DNA of 63,715 nucleotides, counting the filler, from Albugo candida (taxonomy: Eukaryota), in NCBI GenBank assembly GCA_040437565.1. It is 23 parts of 23 records of this genome, joined end to end, with 100 filler letters (N's around TTAATTAATTAA, not from the genome) between each part and the next. Parts side by side here need not be neighbours in the genome. Positions count along the whole stretch, not along the records: positions 50,404 to 52,997 come from JBDOQK010000281.1; positions 53,098 to 55,682 come from JBDOQK010000282.1; positions 55,783 to 58,364 come from JBDOQK010000283.1; positions 58,465 to 61,042 come from JBDOQK010000284.1; positions 61,143 to 63,715 come from JBDOQK010000285.1; 18 more parts are not named here. One strand, given 5' to 3'. This document shows, piece by piece, positions 50,770 to 63,520 of this stretch. Under the pieces are notes generated by a model, which was given only the letters and a program-made list of their open reading frames with translations, made no database searches and was not told the DNA's origin. The position numbers and the translations under genes are program-made. Within the stretch, counting starts at the first letter, position 1. Each line of letters opens with the position of its first letter.

Positions 50770-51300
50770 TTATTGACCTGAGTAATGTTTAATTCCTTCT
50801 ATCTCTTCAGCAAAACTGATATCATCACTTTCCTCGGAAAAATCCAATTCTTCAAGTTCTCTGCTATCCTTGTGATCAGCAAAGGCTTGAACAAAGTCAA
50901 AATACCTGACAGCTCCCTCACTAATCTCGAAATCGGTAGTTCCCCCACTATACTCGAATTCAGCGAGTTCTTCGGCAAATTCAAATTCTCTGAGCTCTTC
51001 AGCTACCTCGAATTCAGAAAAATCTTCTCCAACTTCACAATCTGCTACTTGTTCATAATTATTTTCTTCATCATACTTTTCTCGTTCTTTTTCGTCAGCT
51101 AAAGCGTCAGAAACACTTTGTCTATACTCTTCTTTCCGATCTTCCCGATACTGTCTATAATATGGACTGCGTCTATCTGGAACCGTTCTACAGAAAGAGT
51201 TATCATCTAAAAAAAAACCGATGTTAAAATTTACTTTTACAGAATGAGAAAAGAGACGTATGTTTTGTTGTACTATTGTCTTCGGTTGGTAAACACTCAT
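50770..51300 (-). CDS. Acidic orphan ORF downstream of the Helitron helicase
   Basis: Basic/hydroxylated N-terminus followed by a Glu/Asp-rich body with an EF.(V/F)AEEL repeat. Confidence 0.45.
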   Translation of the reverse strand: MSVYQPKTIVQQNIRLFSHSVKVNFNIGFFLDDNSFCRTVPDRRSPYYRQYREDRKEEYRQSVSDALADEKEREKYDEENNYEQVADCEVGEDFSEFEVAEELREFEFAEELAEFEYSGGTTDFEISEGAVRYFDFVQAFADHKDSRELEELDFSEESDDISFAEEIEGIKHYSGQ

Positions 51301-51517
51301 AACTATTGTTAGTACGAACACTTGATTTGTTGCAGCTGTTTGTCATTTGTGGCAATTAGTTGTTAATTTAAAGAAATGATGGGTCAGTTAAGGTTATTAA
51401 AAAAAGGAAAAGAAAAAAATAGAAAGAAAAAGAGACTTTTTTTTGTTTTCAGTCTAAAAGGTGTGACAAAAGCCTATTTATTGATAAAATATATAAGCGG
51501 AGTAAAAAAAGTTGAAT

Positions 51518-52997
51518 TTAAAGGAAGACTTCCTTGTAAACTATGTTGTGAGTGTAATGACCTTCCTCATTTTCGACTTTGGAGATTTTGGGATCGATCA
51601 TAAATCTAATGGATTGAGGCGTTCTTACTCTTGACATGGCAACATATAATTGACCATGACCAAATACATGGGAAGGGAGATATGCTCCTACCTTCAGAAG
51701 AGTCTGTCCCTGCGATTTATTAATCGTCATGGCGAAAGCTAATCTAATGGGAAACTGAATCCTGACGAAATCATGAGGCGATTTACCATCATCTGCTGAA
51801 CAAATAAATTTAATTCTTGGAATGTAGGCTGTATCACCTGCCTTAGGGCCTGTAGCAATTACAGCTTCTATAATACTGTTGGTGAGAGATTTGACTATAA
51901 GTCTAGTTCCGTTACAAACACCTTCAGCAGGCTGAATGTTTCTAATGACCATAATAGGGGACCCTATTCTAATTTCTAATTTATGCGGAGATAATGAGCC
52001 ACTTTCAATAGTATTTAGATATTCTACTTGAACAGGCATACGATTCTGTGGATCACATAACTTGTCATTACTGAAATACGTGAACTTTCTTCCGGGTAAA
52101 CAATCCAACAACAAATTATTTATAACGGAGACATCACGATTTTTAGGAGTAAGAATAGCTCTACCAACAAAGTAATTAGGATCAGCAGCGGCACTTGCAA
52201 TATCAAAATAAACATCTTTGAGAAGGTTCAGCAAATTGTCACCTTGTAAATGCATAGACTGAGGTAAAGCAATAAAATCAGAGGGGATGTTATGATTTAA
52301 AACCAAAGTATTCACTTTTCCTTCACCAACGTTGAGCAAAAAATCAGCAAATTGTTGGAGTTCAATAGCAAGATTTTCATCGTTTACAGCAAGAGCTTGT
52401 TGCACACGCATGTTGATTTCCAGTTTAATAATTCTAACTTGAGCCCAAAAATTAGCTCGATTCAAACATTGTGATACAATCTGCGATCTGCTGGCTTTAT
52501 GAATAATAGGCAATACCTGGCGGAAGTCACCTCCAAAAACAACTAAACGACCACCGAAAGGAGTATCCGATTTGCAAATATCACGAAATGAACGATCAAC
52601 AGTTTCAATTAAATGTTTGCTAATCATAGAACATTCGTCCCAAACAATTAATTTTGATTCAATGATAAATTTAGCAACTGAAGAGCGGGGGGTCATATCA
52701 CATACTGAAGTGTTGGATACATTCAAGGGAATTTTAAAAGTCGAATGGGCAGTTCTACCACCTTTAAGTAAAACAAAGAAGCAGTACCACTGGATGCAAC
52801 AGCAATAGCAATGTTATTTGATCTACGAACTGAATCCAAAAGAGCATTAAAAAGGAAAGTTTTACCTGTTCCACCAGGGCCATCGACAAAAAAAAGTTTT
52901 GTAGCATTAGGATTAGAGTTTGGATCCAAAGCGCAATCACGAATTGTTTCATAAACGATTCTTTGACTATCGTTAAAAAGAAGAAGATCAGGATTAA
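51518..52997 (-). mobile_element. Helitron Pif1-type helicase domain, 5' partial, with one frameshift near 52770
   Basis: FFVDGPGGTGKTFL, VASSGTAS / GGRTAHS (frame break), IVWDECSM, GGDFRQVLP, CNGTRL, QFPIRLAFAMTINKSQGQT, HGQLYVAMSRV and NIVYKEV. Confidence 0.95.
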
Positions 52998-53097
52998 NNN
53001 NNNNNNNNNNNNNNNNNNNNNNNNNNNNNNNNNNNNNNNNNTTAATTAATTAANNNNNNNNNNNNNNNNNNNNNNNNNNNNNNNNNNNNNNNNNNNN

Positions 53098-53481
53098 GTT
53101 GGATTGTACCAAATGCCAACGATTGCGGTATATTCTCTGTCGAAACAACGATTTGCGACAATGATTGGCGTGTTTGAGGCTGAAAACCTTCAAGACTTTC
53201 TGAAAGGAGTGATTACAGGCCGAATTGGAACGTCCGCAATCGGCGTTGTTTCTGAACTGCGGGACGAATGCAGTTTTGATGAAATTGAAACGGAGAACGT
53301 AGTCTTTCCAGAAGACGATAACGAAGATGTGAGCGATATCATGGATGAAATTATCAAAGCGGAGAAGGAACAAAAACGAGTTTTCGAGAAAGCTGAAGAA
53401 ATACCCAAGAAACGTCACCGCAAGGGAAGAAGCCGACGAAAGAAAAAGAAAAGCAAGAAAGCGTCTAAAGATGAGCTGTAG
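53098..53481 (+). CDS. C-terminus of an ER-resident thioredoxin/PDI-family (P5/PDIA6-like) protein
   Basis: PTIAVYS...F...LQDFLKGVITG (b-type thioredoxin end), an acidic then basic tail, and C-terminal KDEL. Confidence 0.75.
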   Translation, partial: VGLYQMPTIAVYSLSKQRFATMIGVFEAENLQDFLKGVITGRIGTSAIGVVSELRDECSFDEIETENVVFPEDDNEDVSDIMDEIIKAEKEQKRVFEKAEEIPKKRHRKGRSRRKKKKSKKASKDEL

Positions 53482-53996
53482 CTAGCGTTCCGTATTTTAT
53501 CGGATTGATGCTGCTTTCTATATATAATAGAATCGGCATCTAAAATGAGCGAGCTTTTGCAGCGTTGTCCATTGTCGTAGCTCGGGCGATTATCTGACCC
53601 TGCAGCCTGTCCGAATGATTGAGTCTAAAAAAGCGTCTGACTTTTTCGGGTCGGACGCAAATGCAATGGAAAAGTTCAAAAGTATTTCCAACACATTTTT
53701 AACGACCAGCGACTCGAAGACGAGCTAATGACTGCAAAAGATGAGCTTGAGCATCTCGAACGAGCAAATGCTGATATGAATAAGGAGCTAAGCGAGACGA
53801 TTGCAGATTCAAGGTCGAGAACGAGTTTTGGCATTCCGTGCAAACGCTTAAAAGACGTTATGGAGAAATACAAAAAAAAAAAATCACAAGAGATGAATCG
53901 CTCGCTGTTGGAGGTATTGCAGGTTGGGGTGAAATTTGCCGATGAAAGCTTTTCCTCCAAGCTAGGAAGACTGGCACCAGCGATACCTCGACCGGT

Positions 53997-54604
53997 GTGA
54001 TCGAGAACCGTGAAGATGCAAGATGTGATGCATGTCATAATAACAAACACTCGAGCAGCCAAGCTGTCGATCGTACTGCACTATTATTTCATAGCTTGTC
54101 TGTTTGTAGGGAAGAAGAGTATAAGCAGCTTTATGGAGAAATCTTGTCAAGTCATGACAATCTGACTTCCGTTCTTGCCGAAAAAGAGGCACAAAAATTC
54201 TGTTTTTGAACAAATTTGGAATGGAGAAGCAGGAAATGCTTACTTTAATTGCTGAGTTGGAAGCTCGAAATCACCATATCGTGGAGCAACAAGTCAAACA
54301 TGTGCGCTATTCAAAGCAAAAGTTACTTGCAGAGCAGAAACGGTGGGAACGGGACAAAATTGCTGCTGTTGAGTCGGTACAGGATACATTGAAGCATGAA
54401 TTGGAGAGCCAAATGAGCCAGACCACGGAGAGTGTTGCTCGTGAGAATAAACATTATCAGATGGAAATCGAATATCAGAATGCGCAGGTGGAGAAGATTC
54501 TCCATGCTCACGATATCTTACACGCACAATATCGACAATTGCGTCAAGCTCGGCGGTTACAGGAACAGATGCTTCAGAAGTTAAGTCAAGTAGTAGCTCT
54601 TTGA
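53997..54604 (+). CDS. Coiled-coil protein fragment, possibly CFAP157-like, with a frame break near 54206
   Basis: MSQTTESVARENKHYQMEIEYQNAQVEKIL resembles my recollection of the CFAP157 core; the similarity has not been computed. Confidence 0.35.
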
Positions 54605-55577
54605 TGCACGTAATGCTCAAACTGCAGCGTCAAAAAAGCCGCTTAGTAACGACCACACACACCACGTCAAAGCATGAAGAAGATGTAAAGACTGCACATC
54701 ACCCCAGCAGCAGACCGACCAGATTCTTCTTCCAGTTGTCAATCACAGAACGTCGGAAAGTGCTGATTCTACATCATGCAAAACAATGTTATGCACGCGT
54801 AGGGAACAGTCAATGCAATCGATCATGAATGCTACAAATGATGCTCTCGAATTACATTTCCAGAAATGTCTGATGCAAAATTGGAAGCTGACGTGGATGG
54901 TTAGTTGAAAGAATACGCTAGGATCGAACGGAGCAAACCACGTCACAGGCAAATGGAAGTATTGAGTCATGCAACCATCCGGAGTTTTAGCAGACATCAA
55001 CGATTCCCTGCTTTGCAAGAAAACCGCGTCACGTCCACCGAGTCATGCAGTCAACAATTACAATGCTCGCGCACAAGGAAGGCATGAAGTGCATAGACAA
55101 GTAGCAACCAATCAACGCGATGACACTTTTCATATGAGCCAACGATGCTTTCTCAGGATATGAGCGCAACAAGTCAATTATTTCTGTATTATTAGACTTG
55201 TTGGTCAAGGCCGACGCGCAGGGTGGACGACTAAATAAAATCACAAGGTCCAGTACAATTCGACATTCGAAGGAGGTAAGGGCAGATTTTACTATCCATC
55301 CGGTAGTATCGCATACCACAACCACTTCGTGATAATGGACTGCTGGCTTCTCCATCATGTTTTTGATTGTCAATCGAATCCTTATGTGGGGCTGCCACCA
55401 GCAGTGCCATCGGCAAGTGGTCAACTATAAACTGCTTGTCTGGTTCAAGAGGTTCAATAGGAAGAGTATAGGATCAAGCTTGATTGTTCGTAAACTCTGA
55501 CATGCTTCTGTGAACAACACGACCTGCATTTCTTTAGAAACCTTTGCTGCAGCGAAGATTTACCATCCAGCATCTCA

Positions 55578-55682
55578 CCAAAATATGTAAATTCTCATCT
55601 TCCCTTCTTTATGCAATCTGGGTATCGACTAGCGATACCCAGATTGCATAAAGAAGGGAAGATGAGAATTTACATATTTTGG
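55578..55682. repeat. Perfect 50-bp inverted repeat with a 5-nt loop at the contig end
   Basis: 55578-55627 is the exact reverse complement of 55633-55682. Confidence 0.95.
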
Positions 55683-55818
55683 NNNNNNNNNNNNNNNNNN
55701 NNNNNNNNNNNNNNNNNNNNNNNNNNTTAATTAATTAANNNNNNNNNNNNNNNNNNNNNNNNNNNNNNNNNNNNNNNNNNNNGAAGCAGCAATCAAGTGT
55801 ACCGAGAAGTGTGCATGG

Positions 55819-56502
55819 GTGTCAGGTTTATCCGAATCCATGTGCTCTTATCTGAAAAGAATGACTCCAAAAGTAAGAGTGCCCGAGATTAATCCAGTCG
55901 GAACGCGTTCCACATCTTCAATACCGTCGAATCAAAAGAATATGGGGTCGGTATTATCTCGGACAAATCATCCAACATCTCATGACGACCTAATGTCGGC
56001 GTCAACTCACTATTTTATTCCTCCATCTGATCAAACCTGTAAAATGAGAACCCTTCAACAAGCAATCGAACATCTTAGTAATAATGATGTATCTAAGGAC
56101 GTGGCATGGCTTTTGCACTTCGAACGTGGAAACAGTGAAACATTTCGAGACTTGGCATTTTGCATTGCAGCAGTAAGTAATGCATACGTTGTCTCGTCTG
56201 TGTCATCGTACATCCTTACGAGTCGCTTCAAATATCCTCACTTGGAAGCCTTTTGTAATCTACGTGGCGAGATCAAAGTTATCTTTTACAAAAGCATGAA
56301 AATGGGCTTGCTACCGCAACCATTAAATTTTGCAAGTGTTCTCATTTCGTTGGCCGTGACTGACATTAGTCGCCTCAAGCATCTTATTCGAATCAAACGT
56401 AGTCGGGAAAAACAAATACGTGTCAAGAAAGCAGCGGAGAGGGGCAGAGTAGGCGCTTTAGGATGCTCAGCAACAGGCCACAGATCGAAGGGTTTTCTAT
56501 AG
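55819..56502 (+). CDS. Hypothetical protein (227 aa)
   Basis: Longest ORF in its contig; no recognised motif. Confidence 0.3.
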   Translation: MSGLSESMCSYLKRMTPKVRVPEINPVGTRSTSSIPSNQKNMGSVLSRTNHPTSHDDLMSASTHYFIPPSDQTCKMRTLQQAIEHLSNNDVSKDVAWLLHFERGNSETFRDLAFCIAAVSNAYVVSSVSSYILTSRFKYPHLEAFCNLRGEIKVIFYKSMKMGLLPQPLNFASVLISLAVTDISRLKHLIRIKRSREKQIRVKKAAERGRVGALGCSATGHRSKGFL

Positions 56503-59500
56503 TACTTTATAATATAAACTATCACGCCTTCTAAGCACAACGACGCGAACAAGAAAAGTTTTCGGTCTTAAAACAAGCGATTGAGATACTTTTTCGACTT
56601 TATTGGGTTTGTTGCTGCTGATACAAATCACTGCAACTGAACATAACGTACCAAAATCCTGACCAAACGCACATTTATCCCTGTACCCTGCCATTGTGTC
56701 ATAGTACCACCTAGTTTCCAGGTGGACTACTAAAATGCGGCTGTCTCGGCACAGTCAAGATCAGCCGCTCCTACTCAGTTCACCATTGGTACGCCGGGAT
56801 ATGATGATTCGAATTATATGGTACTGGAGACTTCACAAGGTCGTATGTATATTTCAAGATCGAACACTTGCAATGCGGCTGCCGCAATCTTTACTCAGCA
56901 GGCAATCTTTGCCAAGATACTTAGGACATATTTTGGCGGTCCAGTTCTATTGTGTGTGCGACAGATGCGATATTTGAATAAGTGCGCGTCATCACTGAGT
57001 TTCGTATGATGACTTGGATTATCCAGCTTGTCCGCATCAATAGCTGCGATAGATTATTGCATATAGCCAAACTGGTAGTTTTCATCATATCCAAGATACT
57101 TCTTCGACGCTGGAGGCTACACTCGATTGGCTTTTATGCCTTATTGGAGTATTTTATTCAAATGAGGTGGCTTATTTCATGATGTGCGATATGCACGTAC
57201 GCTGTACGATAAGCAATCCGGTAGCCGAGCGTCTTCCCTGATTACCACATCGAGAATCACAAATGTATGTAGAAGACGAACAGAATACAAGTTTGAATCA
57301 AAAGAATCGCTGGCATCAAATGCAAAGTCGAACAGTGATGTTCTTCTCCAATATAAAACCTTACCGTCGAGATATGGCCCTAACGTCGCTCTTGCTAGCA
57401 AAACAAAAGCTGGGTAGACACGATCGGATCACAGTAGTGGCATCATGCAGGTCAGCTAGCAACTCGTGCTCGCTCTGCCTGTTTGTTTATCATCGGATCG
57501 AAGAATTGATTTGCGCCAGATTTATACAGAACGAGGGAGGCACAAGAGTCTGGCCTATCCCTCTCAGGCAAGCACCTTCCTCCTTCTATAACAGAGATCT
57601 TCTTCGCATAGTAGATGTTGATTATGCAACTCCGGTAATTAGTGCAACGCATTTCGATCAGTCAGGAATGCATGGACCAAAATTCTCGAAATCGACGATT
57701 ATGGACGCAGTTGACTGCAGAAGTTGACCAGTTACATATAGAGATGTTGTGGATGACCGACAAGTCACATCGCATTAGTAATTTGCAAGCAAGCAAAAAC
57801 CCAACATGCCTGAGTTGCCTTCTGTCAGTACAAGAATCTTAATTGCATCAGCTCAAATCTTCCATGTTGGGGATGTGGACGTTCTGTCCATAAGAAAGGC
57901 TCTACCAGCGCCTTCAACCCAGAACTTATTCTGATTGACGGCATTGCGACATGGTGCAGCATCGCCCAATAAATGAATTCACTAAAATTTCCTATAATGA
58001 TGTGTCGCTCGAAGGCACAAAATGACTACTTTTGCCAGATTAGGCATTAGATCGTGCGTGAACTGGGTGTGTGTCACACTGAGCGGGAAGTAGCAAACAA
58101 GTGAATATTATTGTTGAGACAATGTTGATCTGAATTGCGTGCACTGGCTCTTCCTGATAGTGGGGCTGTTTAATTCACAACATAATCATAGAAACTACAC
58201 AATATACGCTAGCACTTCTCACCTTGGATTCTCGAAGGTGTATTCGACTTGTTCACTACACATTGTTACGAGTTCGTGAAACTACATGTAAAGTATACCC
58301 CTTGCGTGAGGCTTTTAATGCTGACGCAAACGAACGGTTTTGGACGATACAAAATATATAACGGNNNNNNNNNNNNNNNNNNNNNNNNNNNNNNNNNNNN
58401 NNNNNNNNTTAATTAATTAANNNNNNNNNNNNNNNNNNNNNNNNNNNNNNNNNNNNNNNNNNNNAGAAAAAGGTATTATGTATGGCAAAATAATGTTTGA
58501 AAGACGATGGACAAAATCTTCACTTACAAGTAAGTGAGCGAAATTAAAATCGATTTTATATTTCTTTGAGGAGAAGTGTACTCTTTGTATATAAAATGTC
58601 TTTATTTACAATTCTATCTTATGTTCATTATTTCTGTCGTAACACACATTGCGCAACAGTTGAAAATTTATGGGGGTGAGTTTGTTTTTCTCATCATGCA
58701 ATAAGCAAAAACATTTTTATTTTTATAATTAAAAGCTATTACAATTTTGGCAATCACTACTATTTTTTTTTGGTGCAAAAAAAAAACACAACAAACAAGC
58801 TACTGCGTAGTTTTCATCACCAGTGTACACATTTCACTGTAAGTGGTGTCAGAATAAGAGCGACAGGTCCACTCAGTAATAAATTGATGAATGAATATGT
58901 ATTTATATAACATCCAAAGTAAGAGCAGCATATTATTGTAGTAAGATTTATCTCCTTCTTTCCCTTTTTTTTATTATTTACTTGCTGTGTTGTTATCCCC
59001 CAAAAAAAGATTGTTTACTTTTATTGCTGTTAATTAGTTGATAATTGCTTAAGGAAAGTTTATCATCATGTGAAATATTTCAATAATGCACTTTTTTTGC
59101 TACGGAAGAGCGAGTGACCTTAAAAATGTCTAATTTTGGCAATATTGGTACCTTTCGAAAGAGAAAAACTGATTTGCTTTATCCCGCGACAAAAAGTAAA
59201 GTGTTTATAATAAAGCCGTAAAGACATCTTAATTCAAAGAATCAAGTAAACAAAATAGGAACATGCTCATCATCAAGTCCAGAACAAAAAAAAGTTGATG
59301 ACTGAAATTAATAATATGTAATAAACAAAATAAACAATGATGTAAAAGTGTGATATACTTTCTTATCATATTTACGCTACTACTGACGGATGAACATGAT
59401 ATCTTTTTTTGCTACTTACTACTGAAGATATTTTTGTCTGTGCATTTTTTTTTCATAATAAAAAAATGTTGTTATACGTGGCTTTAATCGAAAAATAATA

Positions 59501-60249
59501 CCATCATCGCGATATTATTGCATAAAAGAAATAAAGCGAAGATAGTATACTTAAGATCCAAACTGTTGGTTTTTTGATTATATAACTAATAAATCATGCG
59601 ATGCCTAGCACATGAATTTTTTCTTATCGAGTAGTTATCATGATGTAATTAATTAACAGCAAGAGTATGTAAGAAAAAAAAAATTTTTTTTATCTAAATA
59701 TAGCCAAAGTAAGTAAATAAAAGATGCGTAGTTGTATAAACAGTAAGAGGTAAGAGTAAAGAAAAAGAGATGAATTTTTTTACTACAAGAATTATACTTT
59801 TTGAATATATTCTGTCAAAATGCTACATACTCAATTTACTGCATGAATCTGTCACTCTTTTTGACATTTGCGGTAAAGTATGTACACTGTTTTTTAGTGA
59901 ATATATAAAACAAAAAAAAGGACGTTGTTTGCGTTGTTTACGCCAAGATCTTATGTAAAAAAAAAAAAAAAAAATAGTAGCTTTTGCTAATAAACAACGC
60001 GTTTTTTTTTTCAAAAGATATAAGTAATGATTATTTCCCTCCTCATTCTTCTTTCATCTTTTTTTTTCATCTTTTTTTTTTTCTTCACATTTCTTTGACG
60101 ATTGTATTAGGCTTGGATATATATAGTATTTTGCGTTAAGAGATATTAAAATGGATTATGGTTTGTATGTATATAAATAGGAAGGGAATATAATGATCTG
60201 TTACTAAAAAAACATCTCCTAGGGATTATCTATAATGTGTGCAACTGGT

Positions 60250-60579
60250 GGTTGCTTGGTGTTACGCCTGGTAGATTATATCGCACATTCAAGACAGGAG
60301 GAGGAGGTGGTCTTTGCCTAGGCTTTATTTAGTAGAGCTCGGACACTCACGCTACGGTGTGTGGATATGATGCGTTGGTTCAACAGGCGGGGCTTGGTAG
60401 CTATATCGCTGTACCCTAGGTCAATACCTATACCTCCGGGTTCACACTCTCTTTGGGGAATGTGTGGTGTGCACGTTGGTCAACAAGCTTGGGAATACAA
60501 TAGATGCATTCGGACCTCCACGCGGTTATTCCTGGTAATGCTACATGTATTATGTAGTAGCTAACGCGAATGCACATCT
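60250..60579 (+). ncRNA. Candidate long H/ACA RNA, snR30/U17-like
   Basis: GC-richer island downstream of TATATAAA (60170), with nested stems, H box ATACAA at 60495, an m1-like TTATTCCTG and an ACA box at 60574. Confidence 0.45.
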
Positions 60580-61142
60580 TCTTTAAATATAATATTTTTA
60601 ATAAATTTTTTTATTTGACTTCTTTACTTGATACGTTTTTTTTTTTATGTTTGATAATTTTTATGCTGTATTTTCTTCTTTGCTTGCAATAGCTTGTGGT
60701 AATAGCAGCGGTAAGAGAATTTCATTATATGTGAACTCAAAGTTTCTTTATTCCCAGATCGTCTCAAAATGAATTTCCAACCGTCTCATTTTAGACTAAA
60801 ATACTGTAACTTTTTTTTAGAACTTTTCTTCCGCTTTCCAAACTATTACTATATTTGGAAAGTCATTGCAATAAACTACATTCATAACAACTTCGCGACA
60901 TCTCGTAATTTATCTCGACATCTGGGCAAATGCCACCTACTCGAGGACCGTATAATATAACCACAGCCAATCCGCCTCTTTCTGATACAGACTTGGGATT
61001 TCTCACGAGAAATTTCAATGACCATCGCAAGGCTCTCCTCTGNNNNNNNNNNNNNNNNNNNNNNNNNNNNNNNNNNNNNNNNNNNNTTAATTAATTAANN
61101 NNNNNNNNNNNNNNNNNNNNNNNNNNNNNNNNNNNNNNNNNN

Positions 61143-61725
61143 CAACTTAATCCTTGAAAGAAAGGCTCAAATTCTTGGATTAAACATTTATGAATGTAAG
61201 AATCTTTGGTGTGCTGATCGACTTCTCTACCAGATCCACAAGCATCGTCTCACCAACAAGTCCTCTACTACTACTGCTTCTCCCAAGAAAAAATCTACCA
61301 AGTCCAAGACGTCTAATTCAACGTAAGTTACTCACTCTATTCTTTTTTTGCATTTATCGTATTGATTATTCATTTTATATTTTTATTATAGTCAAGCGAA
61401 TACTGATGCTGATGAAGCTGCTGATCTACTTGACGAAATGTATGAGTATGAACAACTCGGGGGTGTTGGTGAAGCTGACGCTGTTGATGAGGTGTTAGAA
61501 AGTGATGGTGAAGAAGAAAGTGATGTTGAATCTGAAGGTGAACAAATAACTGTAAAAAAAGTTCAACAGCCTAAAAAAAGACGTTTAATTATTGAAGAAG
61601 ATATTGACGATGAAGAAGATAGTGAAGAAGAAGCAAGACCTGTTAAACAGGTAAAGAAGAAGAACTCTGCTAAGAGCAAAAACAAAAAGAAGCCTGCTAC
61701 TAAGAAACTTCGTAATAAAAAATAA
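61143..61725 (+). CDS. 3' end of a gene with an acidic and Lys-rich low-complexity tail
   Basis: Probable intron at about 61323-61391; the last exon is D/E-rich and then K-rich, ending at TAA. Confidence 0.4.
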
Positions 61726-62339
61726 ATAAAAAATATATTTCTTCTCCCCTAATTAGTGACTTCTAAATAAATAATCTACCTCAGGAATTTTTTCTTCTTT
61801 TGTCAATCATTCCTCTATAATGTATAATCATAACTGTACTTTTATTTATTAATCTACCTCTGGAATGGCTCTCTTAAATATTCTATTCAACATAGTTATT
61901 CTATTTGACTCAAGTTGATCAAACTGCTACATCAAATGACCTTTTTATTTTGCGCATTTTGAGTTAGTAATCATAAAATAAAATGGTATGTCTCCTTGTA
62001 AACACTCTTTCTCTATTCAATAATCTATTTCTAAACTTTTTTTCTTTTAACTGATATAGGTTTTATATTTGATTCTTTTCTTTACCTGGTGTAGCTATCG
62101 TGCTTTATTCAAATACAAGCTGTTAGGTGAACCTTTACAAGAGCTTTGCTTTTTTTCGGGTAATTAATGACTAAAAAACAACCTTCTACACTTTTTCTTA
62201 TTCATCTTTAAACTAACAGGTACTCTACAATTTGTTCTTGTATTTCTTATAATTCTTGTTTCAGTTACAGCTCCTATACTTTCTTCGGTCTTCTTACGTA
62301 TACAATAGCCCATCTATCTGTACATTGTTGCTTCAATTT

Positions 62340-63520
62340 GTCTTTTTTCTTTAATTAAAAAGGTAAAATACTTCTAATATGGTTCATTCTATAATCTAAC
62401 TTGTTTTTCTTTCTTTAACTCTTGCTAGTTATATATAATATTGTTCTTGTTTAGTGTGCTTATTGTTTCTATTGTTCAATTGGGTCATGATGCATAGAGA
62501 CACCAATTTAGAACGTTTTTTCTTTAATTGAAAAAGGTAAATGTAGATCTAGTATGGGTTTGTCCTGTATTCTAACTTGTTTTCTTTCTTTAACTTTTGA
62601 TAGTTCTATATTATGTTGTTCTTGTTTAACTCTTATTGTTTCTATTGGCCAATTAGGTCGTGGTGTATACGCTGATCTTTTTTTTTTCTTTAATTAAAAA
62701 AGTAAAAGTAGATCTAATATGGTTTGTTTTGCATTCTAACTTGTTTTTCTTTCTTTAACTTTAAGTAGTTCCATATAATGTTGTTCTTTTTTAATGTGTT
62801 TATAATTTCTATTGTTCAATTGGACCATGATGCATAGAGACACCAACCTAGAACGATTTTTTTTAGTTGAAAAGGTAAATGTAGATCTAGTATGGGTTTC
62901 TTCTGTATTCTAACTTGTTTTTTTTTCTTTAACTTTTGATAGTTCTATATTATGCTGTTCTTGTTTAACTTTTATTGTTTCTACTGCTCAATTAGGTCAT
63001 GGTGTATACGCTGATCTTTTTTTTTCTTTAATTGAAAAAGGTAAATGTAGATCTAGTATGGGTTTACTCTGTGTTCTAACTTGTTTTCTTACTTTAACTT
63101 TTGATAGTTCTATATTATGTTGTTCTTGTTTAACTCTTACTGTTTCTATTGCTCAATTAGGTCATGGTGTATACGCTGTTCTTTTTTTTTCTTTAATGGA
63201 AAAGGTAAAAGTAAATCTAATATGATTTGTTCTGTATTCTAACTTGTTTTTCTTTCTTTAACTTTAATAGTTCTATATTATGTTCTTCCTGTTTAACTTT
63301 TATTGTTTCTACTGCTCATTTAGGTCGTGGTGTATACGCTGATCTTTTTTTTTTCTTAATGGAAAAGGTAAAAGTAGATCTAATATGGTTTATTCTCTAT
63401 TCTCAACTTTTGTTTCGTTCTTTAACTTTTGATAGTTCTATCTTATGTTGTTCTTGTTTAGCTTTTATTGTTTCTGTTGATCAATTGGGTTGTGGTGTAT
63501 ACGCTGACCTTTTTCCTTTC
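62340..63520. repeat. Diverged satellite, about 7 units of 163-174 bp
   Basis: The anchor (A)GGTAAA(A/T)GTAGATCTA recurs at about 62361, 62535, 62701, 62873, 63039, 63203 and 63366. Confidence 0.9.

Noticed and set aside
60250..60579. Alternative identities for the structured RNA (RNase P/MRP, SRP, telomerase RNA, TPP riboswitch)
   Set aside because: No P4 GGAA..UC motif, SRP helix-8 motif, recognisable telomere template or TPP core was found.
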